Shown: positions 30,969 through 31,107 of the stretch, one piece after another
Layout of the letters: the number at the start of each line of letters is the position of its first letter
How positions within the stretch are numbered: position 1 is the first letter of the stretch
Origin: a virus
DNA: 31,107 nt
Reading direction: 5' to 3' (one strand)
IMG/VR virus record: IMGVR_UViG_3300028805_000028
Translations under genes and position numbers: made by a program
The notes under the pieces: generated by a model
What the model was told of the DNA's origin: nothing
Database searches by the model: none
The model's input: only the letters and a program-made list of their open reading frames with translations

Positions 30969-31107
30969 TTATCGGCGGGACCCGTTATGACCACGATCAG
31001 GGGGGGCATCCTCGCCGATGACGAGCTCGCCGTTGATGATTCTATAGCGCTTTGGCGCTCCCTTTCCGTAGTGGAGCTTGTTGTGGCACTCAATGCATAC
31101 AGCTTCG
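30969..31107 (-). CDS. HNH endonuclease 3' end (duplicated part plus last codons ...GHNGSRR and TAA at 30971..30969)
   Basis: The reading frame from 1..327 continues through 30980..30969 to a TAA. Confidence 0.85.
   Translation of the reverse strand, partial: EAVCIECHNKLHYGKGAPKRYRIINGELVIGEDAPPDRGHNGSRR
30981..31107. repeat. Terminal overlap, exact copy of 1..127
   Basis: Compared base by base: cccgttatgaccacgatcagggggggcatc...caatgcatacagcttcg is present at both ends. It lies inside a coding region (HNH). Confidence 0.97.

Larger units (their letters stand above)
1..30980. mobile_element. Complete temperate tailed-phage genome (HK97-type head module, siphovirus-type tail module), circularly closed, unit length 30,980 bp
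   Basis: The window holds a full packaging/head/tail/lysis set plus repressor, integrase and attP. The last 127 nt equal the first 127 nt. Confidence 0.9.

Noticed and set aside
30981-31107. Terminal repeat as a biological direct terminal repeat (DTR)
   Set aside because: The repeat begins and ends inside the HNH coding sequence, and the ORF reads through the junction. It is more simply explained as the overlap of a circular assembly. Needs read-level confirmation.

Overview
The window is one complete temperate tailed-phage (prophage-type) genome. Bases 30981..31107 are an exact copy of 1..127, so the contig closes into a 30,980-bp circle, and the junction lies inside an HNH endonuclease gene. 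Almost everything is on the minus strand. An early operon runs from a Cro-like gene (9061) down to a Xer-like tyrosine recombinase (1979). It is followed by small regulators including a sigma-70-region-4-like protein (421..822). The order then continues across the junction: HNH, P27-type terS, a 2-gene insert, terL, portal, HK97-type protease and capsid, connectors, major tail, frameshifted chaperones, tape measure, Dit, Tal, fibers, holin and endolysin (13133). Two plus-strand islands interrupt this layout. The first is a lysogeny operon at 9345..11953: an S24/LexA-type repressor, a 6-TM voltage-gated K+ channel homolog, a small basic membrane ORF, and an integrase with a tRNA-like attP. The second is a 2-gene moron at 12307..13094 with its own consensus promoter and triple operator-like repeat. 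The most unusual content is the complete Kv-type channel, which is translationally coupled to the repressor gene in the position lambda uses for rexAB. I propose it as a candidate membrane-potential-based exclusion or lysogenic-conversion module. Other notable points are face-to-face consensus promoters at the genetic switch, a promoter-proximal terminator in front of the late genes, the same Ig-like domain on both capsid and tail tube, a second recombinase next to an AT-rich repeat region, an interrupted terS-terL pair, and several low-GC mosaic patches. I saw no rRNA, complete tRNA or CRISPR array. All family names come from motif recognition by eye; no database search was run.
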